Made by a program: the position numbers and the translations under genes. This document shows, piece by piece, positions 11,055-23,900 of a stretch of DNA of 64,000 nucleotides. The stretch is taken from assembly GCA_051313645.2 (NCBI GenBank), contig JBNRSN020000189.1, positions 558,001 through 622,000 on the forward strand, in the 5' to 3' direction. The stretch is from Centroscyllium fabricii. Its lineage: Eukaryota. Every line of letters begins with the position of its first letter. The first letter of the stretch is position 1. The notes under the pieces are model-generated. The model ran no database searches. It had not been told where the DNA came from and worked only from the letters and a program-made list of their open reading frames with translations.

Positions 11055-12927
11055 TAACAATCCGCATGTGAGACTAATAAGGATTGACGCTATCTCCATT
11101 TCACGCTCACATTCAGTCACAATCGTAATGTCAGAGCAATAGGAATTGAAACTGTCTGCAATTCTCAGTCACCCACAGTACCAATCCTAAAGTCAGAGGA
11201 ATAACGATTGACGCTATCTCCATTTCACACTCACATTCAATCACAATCCTAATGTCACAGTAATAAGGATTGAAATTGTCTTCATTTCACACTCACCTAC
11301 AGTCACATTCCTGATCTCAGGGCAATAAGGATTGACACTGACTCCATTTCACACTCACCCTCAGTAACAATCGTAGCGCCTGATAAGTAAGGATTGACAA
11401 TGTCTCCATTTGAAACACAAATCATTGGTAACATTCCTAATGTCAGATTTAAGGAACGACATTGTCTCCATTTCTCACTGATCCGCAGGAACAATCCTAG
11501 TATCAGGCAGAGCATTAATGATTGGCACTGTTTCTATTTCACTCTCACCCTTCGTAACAATCTTAACACCAGGGCAATAAGGATTGACACTGTGCCCATT
11601 TCACACTCACCCTCAGTAACCACACTAATGTCAGAGCAATATGGATTGACAGTGTCGCCATTTGCCACTCAATATCAGTAACAATCCTAATATCAGGCAG
11701 AGCAATAAGGATTGACACAGTTTCTATTTCACACTCACCCTTAGTAACAATCTTAACGTCAGGGCAATAAGGATTAACACTGTCCCTAATTCACACTCAT
11801 CCTCAGTAACAATCCTAATATAAGGCAAAGCAATAAGGATTGACACAGTATCTATTTCACACTCACCCTTAGTAACAATCTTAACGTCAGGATAATAAGA
11901 ATTAACACTGTCCCTAATTCACACTCATCCTCAGTAACAATCCTTATATCAGGCAGAGCAATAAGGATTGACACAGTTTCTATTTCACACTCACCCTTAG
12001 TAACAATCTTAACGGCAGGGCAATAAGGATTAACATTTTCTCAATTTCGAACACATGGTCAGTAACAATTCTAATGACAGGAATAAGGATGGACACTGTC
12101 TCCATTTCCCACTCATCCTCAGTAACAACCCTAATATCAGGCAGAGCAATAGGAATGACACTGTGTCCATTTCACAAACTCCCTCAGTAAAAATCCTAAT
12201 GTCAGAACAATATGGATTGACACTGTCTCCATTTCCCACTCATCCTCAATAACAGTCCAAATGTAACACTGAGCAATAAGGAATGGCACTGTCTCCATTT
12301 CACGGTCACTGTGGTGCAATTGAACACACTTCCGGGGGAAGGTTGAATGGTGAACTCTGTACATGTCACTTCCTGTGCCCAGACAGTATAAATACTGGAA
12401 CTGCTTAATATGGGGTGAATGCTTCATCTGGAAGCATGGTAAAACGCAACTTTGTAAATAGTGACAATATATTGGATTAAATTGATGTAAAAGACTCATT
12501 TATTGCATCAGTCACCATCAGTTACAAACGTAATGTCAGACAGAGCAACACGATTTGACAATGCCTCCATTTATCAATCATTTCAGTAACAATCCTCATT
12601 TCAGAAAATAAATGATTGAATGTGTCCATTACCCAATCACCGTCATTAACAATATTAATGTCAGAGCAATAACGATTGACACTCTTTACATATAACGCAC
12701 GCCCTGACTAAACATCGTAGTTCCAGTTCGATAATGATTGAAACTGCTGCCATTCCTCAATCACCCTCAGCAACAATCATAATATCAGAGCAAAACGTAT
12801 TGGCACTGTCTCTAATTCACACTCATCCTCAGTAACAATCCTAATATCAGGCAAAGCAAGAAGGATTGAAACGGTCTATATTTCCCACTCACCGTAAGCG
12901 TGCGTCGATTTCCCAATCACCCAGGGT
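11055..12927 (+). repeat. 62-bp satellite, segment B, including a 128-bp (62+66) dimeric higher-order run
   Basis: Same consensus; 'cctcagtaac' recurs at 11801 and 11929. Confidence 0.9.
12310..12510 (+). mobile_element. Solo LTR of Gypsy family D
   Basis: TG...CA termini, 5-bp TSD gtcac, similar to the LTRs at 28968-29184 and 38566-38778. Confidence 0.88.
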
Positions 12928-13201
12928 AACACAGAAACACAGAAGATAGGAGCAGAAGTAGGACATTCGGCCCTTCGAGCCTGCCCCGCCTATTTTTGAT
13001 GAGATCATGGCTGATCATTCAAACACAGCACCCCACTCCTACCCTCTCCCCATATCCCCCGATACCCCCAACTCTAAGAACTATATCTCACACATATACT
13101 CATGAGCAATGTTTAGTATCTCCAATTCACCTAACCTGCATGTCATTGGCTGCTGGGAGGAACCCGGAGTACCCGGAGGAAACCCACATGAACACGGAGA
13201 G
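12928..13201 (-). mobile_element. V-SINE (HE1-like) 3' part with CR1-derived tail; split by Gypsy A
   Basis: V-domain 'cccggagtacccggaggaaacccac' plus a CR1-type tail; head continues at 26177-26283. Confidence 0.8.
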
Positions 13202-13526
13202 TGTTAAGTCCGTACTATCTTACGGTATGATAATAAAGTCTCGACTCCAGAGCTAATACAAACAGGTGTTTACTAATCGGTAAGAGAGCATGGAACTAAA
13301 GTAAATCACTCCACCTAGGACCTTATATGCACCGGTGGTTAGAAGTGGTACTGCAGTATCATTACGCTTTACAAAGTAGTGCCATGTTAACTGGAGCACT
13401 ATATACATACACAACATTACTCCCTTCTTAATTTACTCGTACAGGTACAATAATATTTACACTAAGGAGATATAACACACTTTAACTATTATTGCATACA
13501 GCAAGGCTATATACATGTTTTCCCAT

Positions 13527-14405
13527 TCAAAAGGTCAGTCTCTGAGGGGGTCTATGGTCTCGCACTGGATACCGTCTTTCGACGACCGGCAATGAGGCGA
13601 TCTTTGGTGACTCTCTGGTCACTTCCACATCAGAAAGACAGTCCTCATGCACCAAGTCCTCTATTGGACGCACAGTTGAAACCGTGGCATTGACGTAGGG
13701 CATAGTCCATTCCACAGTCACCGGGGTCCGAGGCAACGGTTCTGTGGTTTTCCTAGCATCCACAATTTGATCAGTGTGTCGTTTAATTTGTCCCTCCTGA
13801 GTGTCTACGGTGTACATCAATGGCCCTTGTCTGGCCTGGATGGTTCCAGCTTGCCATTTTTCATCCCGATAATCCCGGGCCATTACTGTTTGTCCCACCT
13901 CAAAACCCCTGGTTTCACTCTCAGGAGCCCTGTGGAACATCCGGTTGTCCACTTCCCTTCTGATGTTTGGCTTTAGCAGGTCCAGCCTATTCCGTAGCCT
14001 CCTGTTGAGAAACAATACTGCAGGCGTTTGGTTAGTTAATACTTGTGCGGCGTTGCAGTATGCAAACAAGAAATTGTCCACTTTATGTTGTAGGACCAAC
14101 TTTCCTTCCCCCATGGCCTTGATGTCCTTTTTAAAAGTTTGCACGAATCTCCCAGCCAACCCGTTAGTAGCTGGATGACATGGTACTGTCGTATAGTTTC
14201 GTATCCCGTTCCATTTGAGGAATGACTGAAATTCTTCTGACATGAACTGGGGCCCATGGTCAGAGAAAATTTTCTCAGGAATCCCGTTTCTGGCAAATAT
14301 GGTCCGGAGTACCATTACTGTCTTTTCTGCGTTAGTGGATGTCATTTTGATCACTTCCGGCCATTTTGAGTGGTCGTCTACTACTACGAGGAACGTTGTA
14401 TCCAT
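13527..14405 (-). pseudogene. Gypsy A integrase core and C-terminus
   Basis: VVVDDHSKWPE, SDHGPQF, HPATNGLAGRFVQTFK (catalytic Glu replaced by Gly). Confidence 0.85.
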
Positions 14406-14568
14406 TAACGGCCCCGCAAAATCAACATGAATTCTCTGCCACGGGGATGATGGCCACTCCCAGGGGTGTAGTGGTGCTTGGGGTGGTACATGTTGTCCCT
14501 TCTAGCAACCTTCGCATTCCTTTGCCAATTGCTCTATGTCTCGATCGATCCCTGGCCACCATACATAC

Positions 14569-17500
14569 TGTGATAAACTATATATCACTGTATATAACGA
14601 ACCACCTTGTAATACCTTGTATACCTTGTAATACCTGTAATACCTTGTAATACCTGTATGGGATCCCAGGGACATAGCTGGCGCCGCCCATGACTCCTCC
14701 CCCGCTGGAGGAGGTATATAAGAGACTGCTACCATCCCCCATGCCATTCTGGGGACAGTCAGCTCTGTTGAATATTGCTAAACGTAGTTAATAAAAGCCT
14801 GATTATTATAACCAACTATTCGACTCCGAAGACGTTATTGACGGTTACAATTTTATTAACTACTGGAAATGGATACTACAATGTTGAAACCATCAGTGTT
14901 CGAAGTTGACCCCCGATCGCCTGGAGCATCAAACGCTTTCTCACACTGGCGAAATGTACTTGAAGGATACGTTAGAGCCAACGCAGCGGTCATACTGACC
15001 GAGGAGCAAAAACGACGGCTCCTCCACGCCCGGGTGGGCCCGCAAGTATATTCGATGATAGTGGACGCCCCATCATTCCAAGAAGCCCTCAGGATCCTCG
15101 AGGCGGAATACAATCGGGCACCAAACAGAGTCCACGCGAGACATATACTTGCCACCCGAAAACAACAGAATAACGAATCGAGTGTGCAGTTCCTAAGAGC
15201 CCTCAGAACTCTGGCACGGGATTGTGACTGCAGAGCGAAAACGGCCCTAGTGCATATGGAGAGTCTCATCAGGGATGCCTATGTAACAGGCCTGAAATCG
15301 GACTATGCTAGACAAAGACTGCTAGAGCAGAATGGCCAGGACTTACAGGCCGCTACAGATTTGGGACACGCACTAGATAGCGCCTCTACGGATTTATCAT
15401 CCTACTCTAGTAACTATACGGGCCCAGCCCCGCAATCTTGGACAGTACTGGCGCAAAGACCGCCAGAGGAACTTCTCACAGCGGCACACGCTAAAGCTAA
15501 ATGCTACTTCTGTGGGCAACCACAGCATCCAAGACGCAGCTGCCCCGCAAAAGAAGCAATCTGCTACAAGTGCGACAAAAAAGGACACTATGCGAAGGTC
15601 TGCAAAGGCCCAAACGTTAAATCAAGACTGGGCAGCGCTGCATGTGGAACAGGGGAGCAGCAATATCGGGCTCACCCATCCCCCACTCGGCAGCACTCAA
15701 GGCAGCAACAGCACCCATCCCCCACTCAACAGCACAGCACATGGCGGCAGCCATCTCAGGAAGCTGATCTGGAGGACGACTCTCCGGATCAAAATAACTA
15801 CTCTCCGGACCAAGATAACTACTCTCCGGATCAAGACTTTGCGGAGGACCTGGTACTAGCATCCGTGAGCCTAGACCAGAGGAAAATCCAGCCACTAGAG
15901 AGGTCGATGATGCCGGTGGAAGTTAACGGTGAAGAGGTGATGTGCCTGTTCGACAGTGGGAGCACAGTAAGTTTTGTTCACCAGAATACTGTAAAGCGCC
16001 TCTCCCTTAAAGTAATCCCTGCGCGCCAGAGAATATCTATGGCATCAAAGTCAGAATCCGCTGACGTCACCGGGCGCTGTATTGAAACTCTTAATGTACA
16101 GGGGGCAATGTTTAATGATTTTAGTTTTTACGTGCTGCCGCAGCTCTGCGCCCCCCTACTCCTCCTGGGACTGGATTTCCAGTGCCATCTTCGGAGCGTT
16201 ACGATGGCATTCGGTGGACCCCTTCCCCCTCTCACGGTCACAAACCGCGGCTCAAAGCGGCACCCCCAGTACACTACCTGTGGTCTCTCAACCCTTAATG
16301 TTGCCCCTCCATCCCTCTTTGCCAATCTCACCCCAGACTGTAAGCCCGTCGCCACCAAGAGTAGGCGCTACAGTGCTGGGGACATGGCATTTATAAAATC
16401 TGAGGTGCAGCGCCTCCTAAAAGAAGGGGTCATAGAGGCCAGTAATAGCCCTTGGAGAGCACAGGTAGTCGTGGTGAAAACCGGGGAGAAGAATAGGATG
16501 GTAGTGGATTACAGCCAGACCATAAACCGGTTCACCCAATTAGATGCCTACCCCCTTCCCCGGATAGCGGACATGGTGAACCAAATCGCCCAGTTTAAAG
16601 TGTTCTCAACCATTGACCTAAAATCTGCTTATCACCAGCTCCCCATCCGCTCACAGGACCGTCTTTATACTGCTTTTGAGGCTGACGGCCGCCTCTACCA
16701 CTTCCTTAGGGTGCCGTTCGGAGTCACGAACGGGGTCTCGGTCTTCCAAAGGGAGATGGACCGAATGGTCGATCGGTACAGGCTGCGAGCGACCTTCCCG
16801 TACCTTGATAATGTGACCATCTGCGGCCATGACCAGCAGGACCATAACACCAATCTCCAAAAATTTCTCCACACAGCCAAAACCCTGAATTTAACGTATA
16901 ATAAGGAGAAATGTGTGTTTAGCACCACCCGCCTCGCCATCCTCGGCAACGTGGTGGAAAATGGAGTCATCGGTCCAGACCCGGACCGCATGCGCCCCCT
17001 CATGGAGCTTCCCCTCCCCCACTCCCCCAAATCTCTTAAACGGATTTTGGGATTCTTTGCCTATTATGCCCAGTGGGTCCCCAATTACGCGGACAAAGCT
17101 CGCCCACTATTAAAATCAACCTCTTTCCCACTTTCTGCAGAAGCCAACTCGGCATTCTGCAGAATTAAAAATGACATAGCCAAAGCCACGATGCACGCTG
17201 TGGATGAGTCCGTCCCATTCCAAGTGGAAAGTGATGCATATGACTTTGCCCTGGCCGCCACCCTAAACCAGGCGGGCAGACACGTGGCCTTCTTTTCACG
17301 TACCCTCCAAGGCCCAGAAACCCGCCATTCCTCAATTGAAAAGGAGGCCCAAGCCATTGTTGAAGCAGTGCGGCATTGGAAGCACTACCTGGCCGGCAAG
17401 CGTTTTACCCTGTTGACTGACCAATGCTCAGTCGCTTTTATGTTCAACAACAAAGAGCGGGGTAAGATCAAGAACGACAAAATACTAAGGTGGAGAATTG

Positions 17501-19265
17501 AACTATCAGCGTTCAATTATGATATTTTGTACCGGCCCGGGAAATTTAACGAACCCCCAGATGCCCTATCCCGCGGTACCTGTGCCAGCGCACAGGCTGA
17601 CCGTCTCCAAACCCTTCACAATGACCTCTGCCACCCGGGGGTCACCAGGTTGGTTCACTTTGTGAAGTCCCGCAACCTCCCCTACTCCATCGAAGAAGTC
17701 AAGACCATGACCAGCAACTGCCAGGTCTGTGCGGAGTGCAAGCCGCACTTCTACCGGCCCGACCGGGCGCACTTAATCAAGGCCACTCGTCCCTTTGAAC
17801 GACCCAGTGTCGACTTTAAAGGGCCCCTTCCCTCAGCCAACAGGTACGTCTATTTCCTCAATGTTATAGATGAGTACTCCCGTTTCCCCTTCGCCATCCC
17901 CTGCCAGGACATGACCTCCGCCACCGTTATCAAAGCCCTCAGTAGAATCTTCTCCCTGTTCGGGTACCCGAACTATATCCATAGTGACCGGGGGGCCTCT
18001 TTTATGAGTGACGAGCTGCGTCAGTTCCTGCTAGCAAAAGGCATCGCGACTAGCAGGACTACCAGCTACAACCCCCGGGGGAACGGGCAGGTAGAGAGGG
18101 AGAACGCCACGGTCTGGAAAGCCATCCAGTTAGCCCTAAAGTCCAAAGACCTCCCAGTCACCCGATGGCAGGACGTGCTCCCTGAAGCCCTCCACTCTAT
18201 CCGGTCCCTCCTGTGTACTGCCACTAACGCCACCCCTCACGAAAGACTTTTTGCCTTCCCCAGGAAGTCAGCTTCCGGGACCTCGCTACCATCGTGGCTG
18301 CTATCCCTGGGACCGGTCCTGCTGCGGAAGCATGTGAGGGGACACAAGGCAGATCCCCTAGTCGAACGGGTCCACCTCCTGCACGCCAATCCCCAGTACG
18401 CTTACATAGAGTACCCCGACGGGAGGGAGGACACCGTGTCCATAAAGGACCTAGCCCCAGCAGGAGTCCCCAAAACCAGCCCCGCCAGGCAGCCCGAGCT
18501 CCCAAAACGTCCTGTGACGCCCCCCGAGCCATCGAGGCCGAAGTACACGCCCCGACACGTGGGCCCAGTACCCCAGTATGTCCACAAGGCACCTGCGAGC
18601 AGCACGACCCGGCCCCAAGCCTGGATCCACAACGCGCGCCCCCTAGAGCCAGAGGACGAAGGAGAGAACGCGCCCCCTGCTGTCGAAATAAGGGCATCAC
18701 CGCCACCCAGAAGTGACATAACCACCACCAGTCGACCGGCAGCAAGGGAACAACCGACACAACCAGCCACTCCACGACAACGAACACCACAGGCACCACC
18801 AGCGGTGCGAAGATCAGCGCGGATAACGAAACCGCCTGAAAGACTGAATTTATAGTCATAAGAACTCTGATTGTATATATTTTGTTAATGAGCACCTTGT
18901 AATTATTAGTTTTTTTTCTCACCCCATTGTACCTCTGTGTTTTGTTCACCCCGCTGTACTTTTGTTTTTAAAAAAGGGGTGAATGTGATAAACTATATAT
19001 CACTGTATATAACGAACCACCTTGTAATACCTTGTAATACCTTGTAATACCTGTAATACCTTGTAATACCTGTATGGGATCCCAGGGACATACCTGGCGC
19101 CGCCCATGACTCCTCCCCCGCTGGAGGAGGTATATAAGAGACTGCTACCATCCCCCATGCCATTCTGGGGACAGTCAGCTCTGTTGAGTATTGCTAAACG
19201 TAGTTAATAAAAGCCTGATTATTATAACCAACTATTCGACTCCGAAGACGTTATTGACGGTTACA
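14569..19265 (+). mobile_element. Gypsy B: young, structurally intact LTR retrotransposon
   Basis: LTRs 14569-14849 and 18984-19265 (3 differences seen), TG..CA termini, 5-bp TSD catac, PPT aaaaaaggggtgaa, single long ORF. Confidence 0.97.
14869..18855 (+). CDS. gag-pol: Gag-Pol polyprotein, 1328 aa (gag with two Cys/His knuckles, protease, RT, RNase H, integrase)
   Basis: CYFCGQPQHPRRSC and CYKCDKKGHYAKVC; LFDSGS; IDLKSAYHQ, PFGVTNG, FPYLDN; ESDAYD, EKEAQA; H..CHPG..CQVC; VDFKGP, HSDRG, VEREN. Confidence 0.97.
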   Translation: MDTTMLKPSVFEVDPRSPGASNAFSHWRNVLEGYVRANAAVILTEEQKRRLLHARVGPQVYSMIVDAPSFQEALRILEAEYNRAPNRVHARHILATRKQQNNESSVQFLRALRTLARDCDCRAKTALVHMESLIRDAYVTGLKSDYARQRLLEQNGQDLQAATDLGHALDSASTDLSSYSSNYTGPAPQSWTVLAQRPPEELLTAAHAKAKCYFCGQPQHPRRSCPAKEAICYKCDKKGHYAKVCKGPNVKSRLGSAACGTGEQQYRAHPSPTRQHSRQQQHPSPTQQHSTWRQPSQEADLEDDSPDQNNYSPDQDNYSPDQDFAEDLVLASVSLDQRKIQPLERSMMPVEVNGEEVMCLFDSGSTVSFVHQNTVKRLSLKVIPARQRISMASKSESADVTGRCIETLNVQGAMFNDFSFYVLPQLCAPLLLLGLDFQCHLRSVTMAFGGPLPPLTVTNRGSKRHPQYTTCGLSTLNVAPPSLFANLTPDCKPVATKSRRYSAGDMAFIKSEVQRLLKEGVIEASNSPWRAQVVVVKTGEKNRMVVDYSQTINRFTQLDAYPLPRIADMVNQIAQFKVFSTIDLKSAYHQLPIRSQDRLYTAFEADGRLYHFLRVPFGVTNGVSVFQREMDRMVDRYRLRATFPYLDNVTICGHDQQDHNTNLQKFLHTAKTLNLTYNKEKCVFSTTRLAILGNVVENGVIGPDPDRMRPLMELPLPHSPKSLKRILGFFAYYAQWVPNYADKARPLLKSTSFPLSAEANSAFCRIKNDIAKATMHAVDESVPFQVESDAYDFALAATLNQAGRHVAFFSRTLQGPETRHSSIEKEAQAIVEAVRHWKHYLAGKRFTLLTDQCSVAFMFNNKERGKIKNDKILRWRIELSAFNYDILYRPGKFNEPPDALSRGTCASAQADRLQTLHNDLCHPGVTRLVHFVKSRNLPYSIEEVKTMTSNCQVCAECKPHFYRPDRAHLIKATRPFERPSVDFKGPLPSANRYVYFLNVIDEYSRFPFAIPCQDMTSATVIKALSRIFSLFGYPNYIHSDRGASFMSDELRQFLLAKGIATSRTTSYNPRGNGQVERENATVWKAIQLALKSKDLPVTRWQDVLPEALHSIRSLLCTATNATPHERLFAFPRKSASGTSLPSWLLSLGPVLLRKHVRGHKADPLVERVHLLHANPQYAYIEYPDGREDTVSIKDLAPAGVPKTSPARQPELPKRPVTPPEPSRPKYTPRHVGPVPQYVHKAPASSTTRPQAWIHNARPLEPEDEGENAPPAVEIRASPPPRSDITTTSRPAAREQPTQPATPRQRTPQAPPAVRRSARITKPPERLNL

Positions 19266-20975
19266 CATACGCCCTGGCGAGGGACTACATTTTAACCACC
19301 CCAAGTGTCACTCATGTAAGTCAACCAAGATTTTTTTTGTAATTTATTGGGAATAACCACTCTGGCCCCGCACATTAGGGCACCCCGGCAGACCGACAGT
19401 TGGTCTCTTCTTGCCGCATACTTTGGCCATAGAGTTTGGTCCTCTCTGGACCAACCCCTGACTGTAATGTGAATTTTTCACAATATTGCGTCATTTCTGG
19501 TTTGCTGCTCTATCTGTTGACAGGTTACTGGCAAGTGTTCAACTACTGCCGTGTGATAAATCTCCATGGGGTCTTGCTGTTGACTCTCTTTGGTTTCCAG
19601 CAATGATAGCCCAGATAGGCCGTCTGCATTGCTTTGCTGTTTGGTTCTCTTATGTTCGATTCTGTACTGCTGTGCACCCAGAAACAATGCCCATCTCTGT
19701 AGCCTCTGGGCCGTCATCTGTGGCACTCCTTTACCAGGGATAAAATTTGAGATGAGGTGTTGATGATCCGTCAACAGTGTACATTTTTGGCCGTGTAGGT
19801 TGTGATGGAACTTTTTCAGCCCCCACATGAGGCTGAGTGCATCTCTCTCAATCTGAGCATAATTTTTCTCCGCCGCTGTCAATGACCTTGACGCAAATGC
19901 AATTGGTCTCTCCATACCGTCCCGACATTTGTGTGACAATACTGCCCCTATGCCATATGGGGATGCGTCACCTGCCAGGCTTATTGGCAGACTTGGGTCA
20001 AAATGTGCTAGCAGCTCTTTGGACATGATAAGCTGCTTGCTTTTCTTGAAAGCTGACATACAGACCTCATCCCAGTTCCATGGCGTCCCTGCCTGTAGCA
20101 CTGCATTCAGCAGGTGTAGCACTGACGACAAGTCGTGAAGGAACATATGATAGTAGTTAATGAGGCCAATAAATGACCGTAGTTGTGCCACATTTTCTGA
20201 GGGTGGGACTTTTACTCCTGCTGAAATCTTTTCTGGTGATTTGTGTAGGCCCTCTCTGTCTAACGCATGACCACAATATGAGATACAATCTTTTAAATCA
20301 CATTTTTGTCTGTTTGCCCGCAGACCTTACTATTTTATCCTATCTAACACCTTCTCTAGATTGGCCAAATGTCCCCCATCTGTTTTCCCCGTCACCAGTA
20401 TGTCAGCCAGGTAGCATTGTGTCCCTGGAATGTCTTGAAATACCTTGTCCATGGTCCTCTGCCATATGGCTGGTGCTGAGGCTATCCCGAATACATGTGG
20501 TTGTACTGGTATAGTCATTTGTGCATATGTATCGTCAGCAGTTTCCTTGAATCCTGTTCCACCTTCATCTGTAAGTAAGCTTGTGCAATATCAATTTTGG
20601 TAAAGTGCTTCCCCCCCGCTAATGACGCGAATATATCTTCGATCCGTGGTAGCGGGTACTGTATTTCAGGACAGGTTTAATATTCATTTTGAAATCTCCG
20701 CAAATGGGACATTTTTTGGATCTCCTTCCTTATTTGGTGCATTCTTTATTACGGGCACTATGGGCGTTGCCCAGTCACTCCATTCTACCTTTGATAAGAC
20801 CCCTTCGTTCTCTAGGGCCTTTAATTCTGCTTCCACAGCTGGCCTTATTGCATATGGTACCGACCGTGCTTTTGTAAACTGTGGCATGGCGCCCTGTGCA
20901 ATCGTTACTTTTGCACATATCTTCTTTAATTTCCCCAACCCTGGTTGCGTTACCTCTGGGGTTTTTGCCAGGATT

Positions 20976-23900
20976 GACAGGCAGGAAGGAAGGGGATGTG
21001 GGGTGTCTATTTTAATAAAGGAAGGAATCACTGTAATACAGAGAAATGATATTGTGTCAAAAGATCAGGTTAATGAAACAGTTTGTGTGGAGATAAGGAT
21101 ATTAAGGGGAAAAGAACACTAGTGGGCGTAGTCCATAGGCCTCCGAACAGTTGCAAATCTGTTGGACGGAGTATAAATCAAGAAATAGTCGAGGCTTGTA
21201 ATAAGGAAACATCTATAATTATGGGGGCTTTTAACTATCTTATAAATTGGACAAATCAAATTGGGCAGGGCTGCTTTGAGGAGGAGTTCATTGAGTGTAT
21301 TAGGGATGGGTTTCTTGAGCAATATGTAACTGAACCGACCAGGAGGCAAGCAAACTTAGATCTGGTCCTGTGTAACGAGACAGGATTAATTAAAAATGTC
21401 CTTGTAAAGGATCCCCGTGGAATGAGTGACCAGGGCTGTCAGCCTCCTGAACTCTAAAAAGAAACTCCGGTACCTGCACGCCTGATAATGAACTTTACTG
21501 TATGCAATTTGCATGTAATTTATTTATTTTGTTTGCACTACTCTCGGGAGAGTCGAGTCTTCGTCTCGTTGTATTGTACTAGTACGCTGCAATGACAATA
21601 AAACTTGAATTGAATTGAATTGAATTGAATAACATGGTTGAATTCCATATCCAATTAGATGGTGAGAAGGTTGGATCTCAAACAAGCGTGCTAAGCTTGA
21701 ATAAATGACGCTATGAAGTTATGAGAGAGGAATTGATTAGAGTGTATTGGGAAAACAGGTTAAAGTGTAAGGCGATACATGATCAGTGGTGTACATTTAA
21801 GGAGTTACTATACAACATCCAAAAAAAAATATTCCACTGAGGATAAAAGGGTGTAAAAGAAAGGACAGCCATCCGTGGCTAAGCAAATAAATTAAGGATA
21901 GTATTCGACAAAAAAGGGCATATACGGTAGCCAAATCTAGTGGACGATAGACGATTGGGAAAACTTTAAAAGACTGCAAAAAACAACAGAAAGATTGAGT
22001 AAGAAAGGGAACATAGATTTTGAAAGTAAATTAGCAAAAAATATAAAAACAGATAGTAAGAGTTTCTATAGTTATATAAAATGAAAAATGGTGGCTAAAG
22101 TAAATTTTGGTCCCTTAGAGGATGAGACCAGGAAATGAATGGTGGGAAATATGGAGATGGCAAAAACACTTAATGAATATTTTGTATCAGTCTTTACAGT
22201 AGAGGACACTAAGAATATCCTAACACTAGACAAACGAAGGACTATAGGGGGGAGGATCTAAACACGATCAAAATCACTAAGGAAGTGGTACTCGGTAAAG
22301 TAATGCGGTTCAAGGCGGATAAATCACATGGACCTGATGGCTTACATCCTCGGGTCTTGAGGAATGTGGCGGTAGGGATTGTGGATGCATTGGTAATAAT
22401 TTTCCGAAACTCCCTGGACTCAGAAAATATCCCGACAGACTGGAAAACTGCTAATGTAACATCCTTATTTCAAAAGGGCAGTAGACAGAAGGCTGGAAAC
22501 AATAGACCGGTTAGCCTAACATCTGTCGTGGGTAAAATTTTGGAGTCCATTATTAAGGAGACAGTAACAGGACATTTGGATAAACATAATTTAATAGGAC
22601 AAAGTCAGCATGGTTTTATGAAGGGGATGTCTTGTTTGACAAATTTGTTGGAGTTCTTTGAGGAAATAACATATAGGGTGGGTAAAGGGGAACCAGTGGA
22701 CGTAGTGTATTTAGATTTTTCAAAAGGCATTTGACAAGGTGCCACTACAAAGGATTATTGCTTAAAATAAAAATCACGGAATTGGGGGTAATATTTTGGC
22801 ATAGATGGAGGATTGGGTATCTAACAGAAGGCAGAGATTTGGGATAAATGGTTCATTCTCAGACTGGCAATTGGTAACTAGTGGTGTTCCGCAGGGGTCA
22901 GTGCTTTGGACCCCAACTCTATACAATCTATATTAACGATTTGGAGGACGGGACCGAGTGTAACATATCAATGTTTGCAGATGATACTAAGATGGGAGAG
23001 ACAATAGTGATGGAGGAGGACATAAAAAACTGCTAGGGGACATAGACAGGCTAAATAAGTGGGCAGAGATTTGGAACATGGAATATAATACTAGAAAGTG
23101 TGAGCTTATGCATTTTGGCAGGAACAATCGTGGAGCAAGTTACTACCTTAATGGCAAGAAACTGGAAAGTACTGTAGTCAAAGGGATCTGGGGCTCCTGG
23201 TGCACGAAACTCCAAAGGTTAGTATGCAGGTGCAGCAAGTGATTAAGAAGGTCAATGGAATGTTGGCTTTCAGTACTAGGGGGACAGAATATAAAAATAG
23301 GGAGGTATTGCTACAGTTGTACAAGTATTGGTGAGAACGCACCTGGAATACTGCATACAGTTTTGGTGTCCATACTGAAGAAAATACATACTCGCTCGTG
23401 AGTCAGTACAAAACAGTTTCACTCATTTAATCCCAGGGATGAGGAGTTGGACATATGAGGATAAGTTGAGTAGATTGGGACTCTACTCATTGGAGTTCAG
23501 AAGAATGAAGGCGGTCTTAATGAAATATGTAAGATTGTGAAGGGGTTGGATCAGGTGGATGCGGGGAGGATGTTCCCAATGATGGGTGAAACTAGAACTA
23601 GGGGGCATAATCTTAGAATAAGAGGCTGCTCTTTCAAAACTGAGATGAGGAGAAACTACTTCACTCAGAGGGTAGTAGGTCCATCGAACATGCTGCCCAA
23701 AAAAGCTGTAGAAGCTACTTCATTACATAAATTAAAAACAGAAATAGACAGCTTCCTAGAAGTAAAAGGAATTAAGGGTTATGGCGAGCGGGCAGGTATT
23801 TGGACATGAGTCTAGGTTCTGATCGGTCATGGCCCTTTGAGTAGTGGAGCGGGCCCAGGAACCGTGTAGCCTGATCCTGCTCCTATTTCATGTGTCTAAT

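Noticed and set aside
11303-12252. Hydrophobic ORFs such as METVSILIALTLGLLLR resembling signal or TM peptides
   Set aside because: Frames of the 62-bp satellite; the unit length is not a multiple of 3 and stops are frequent
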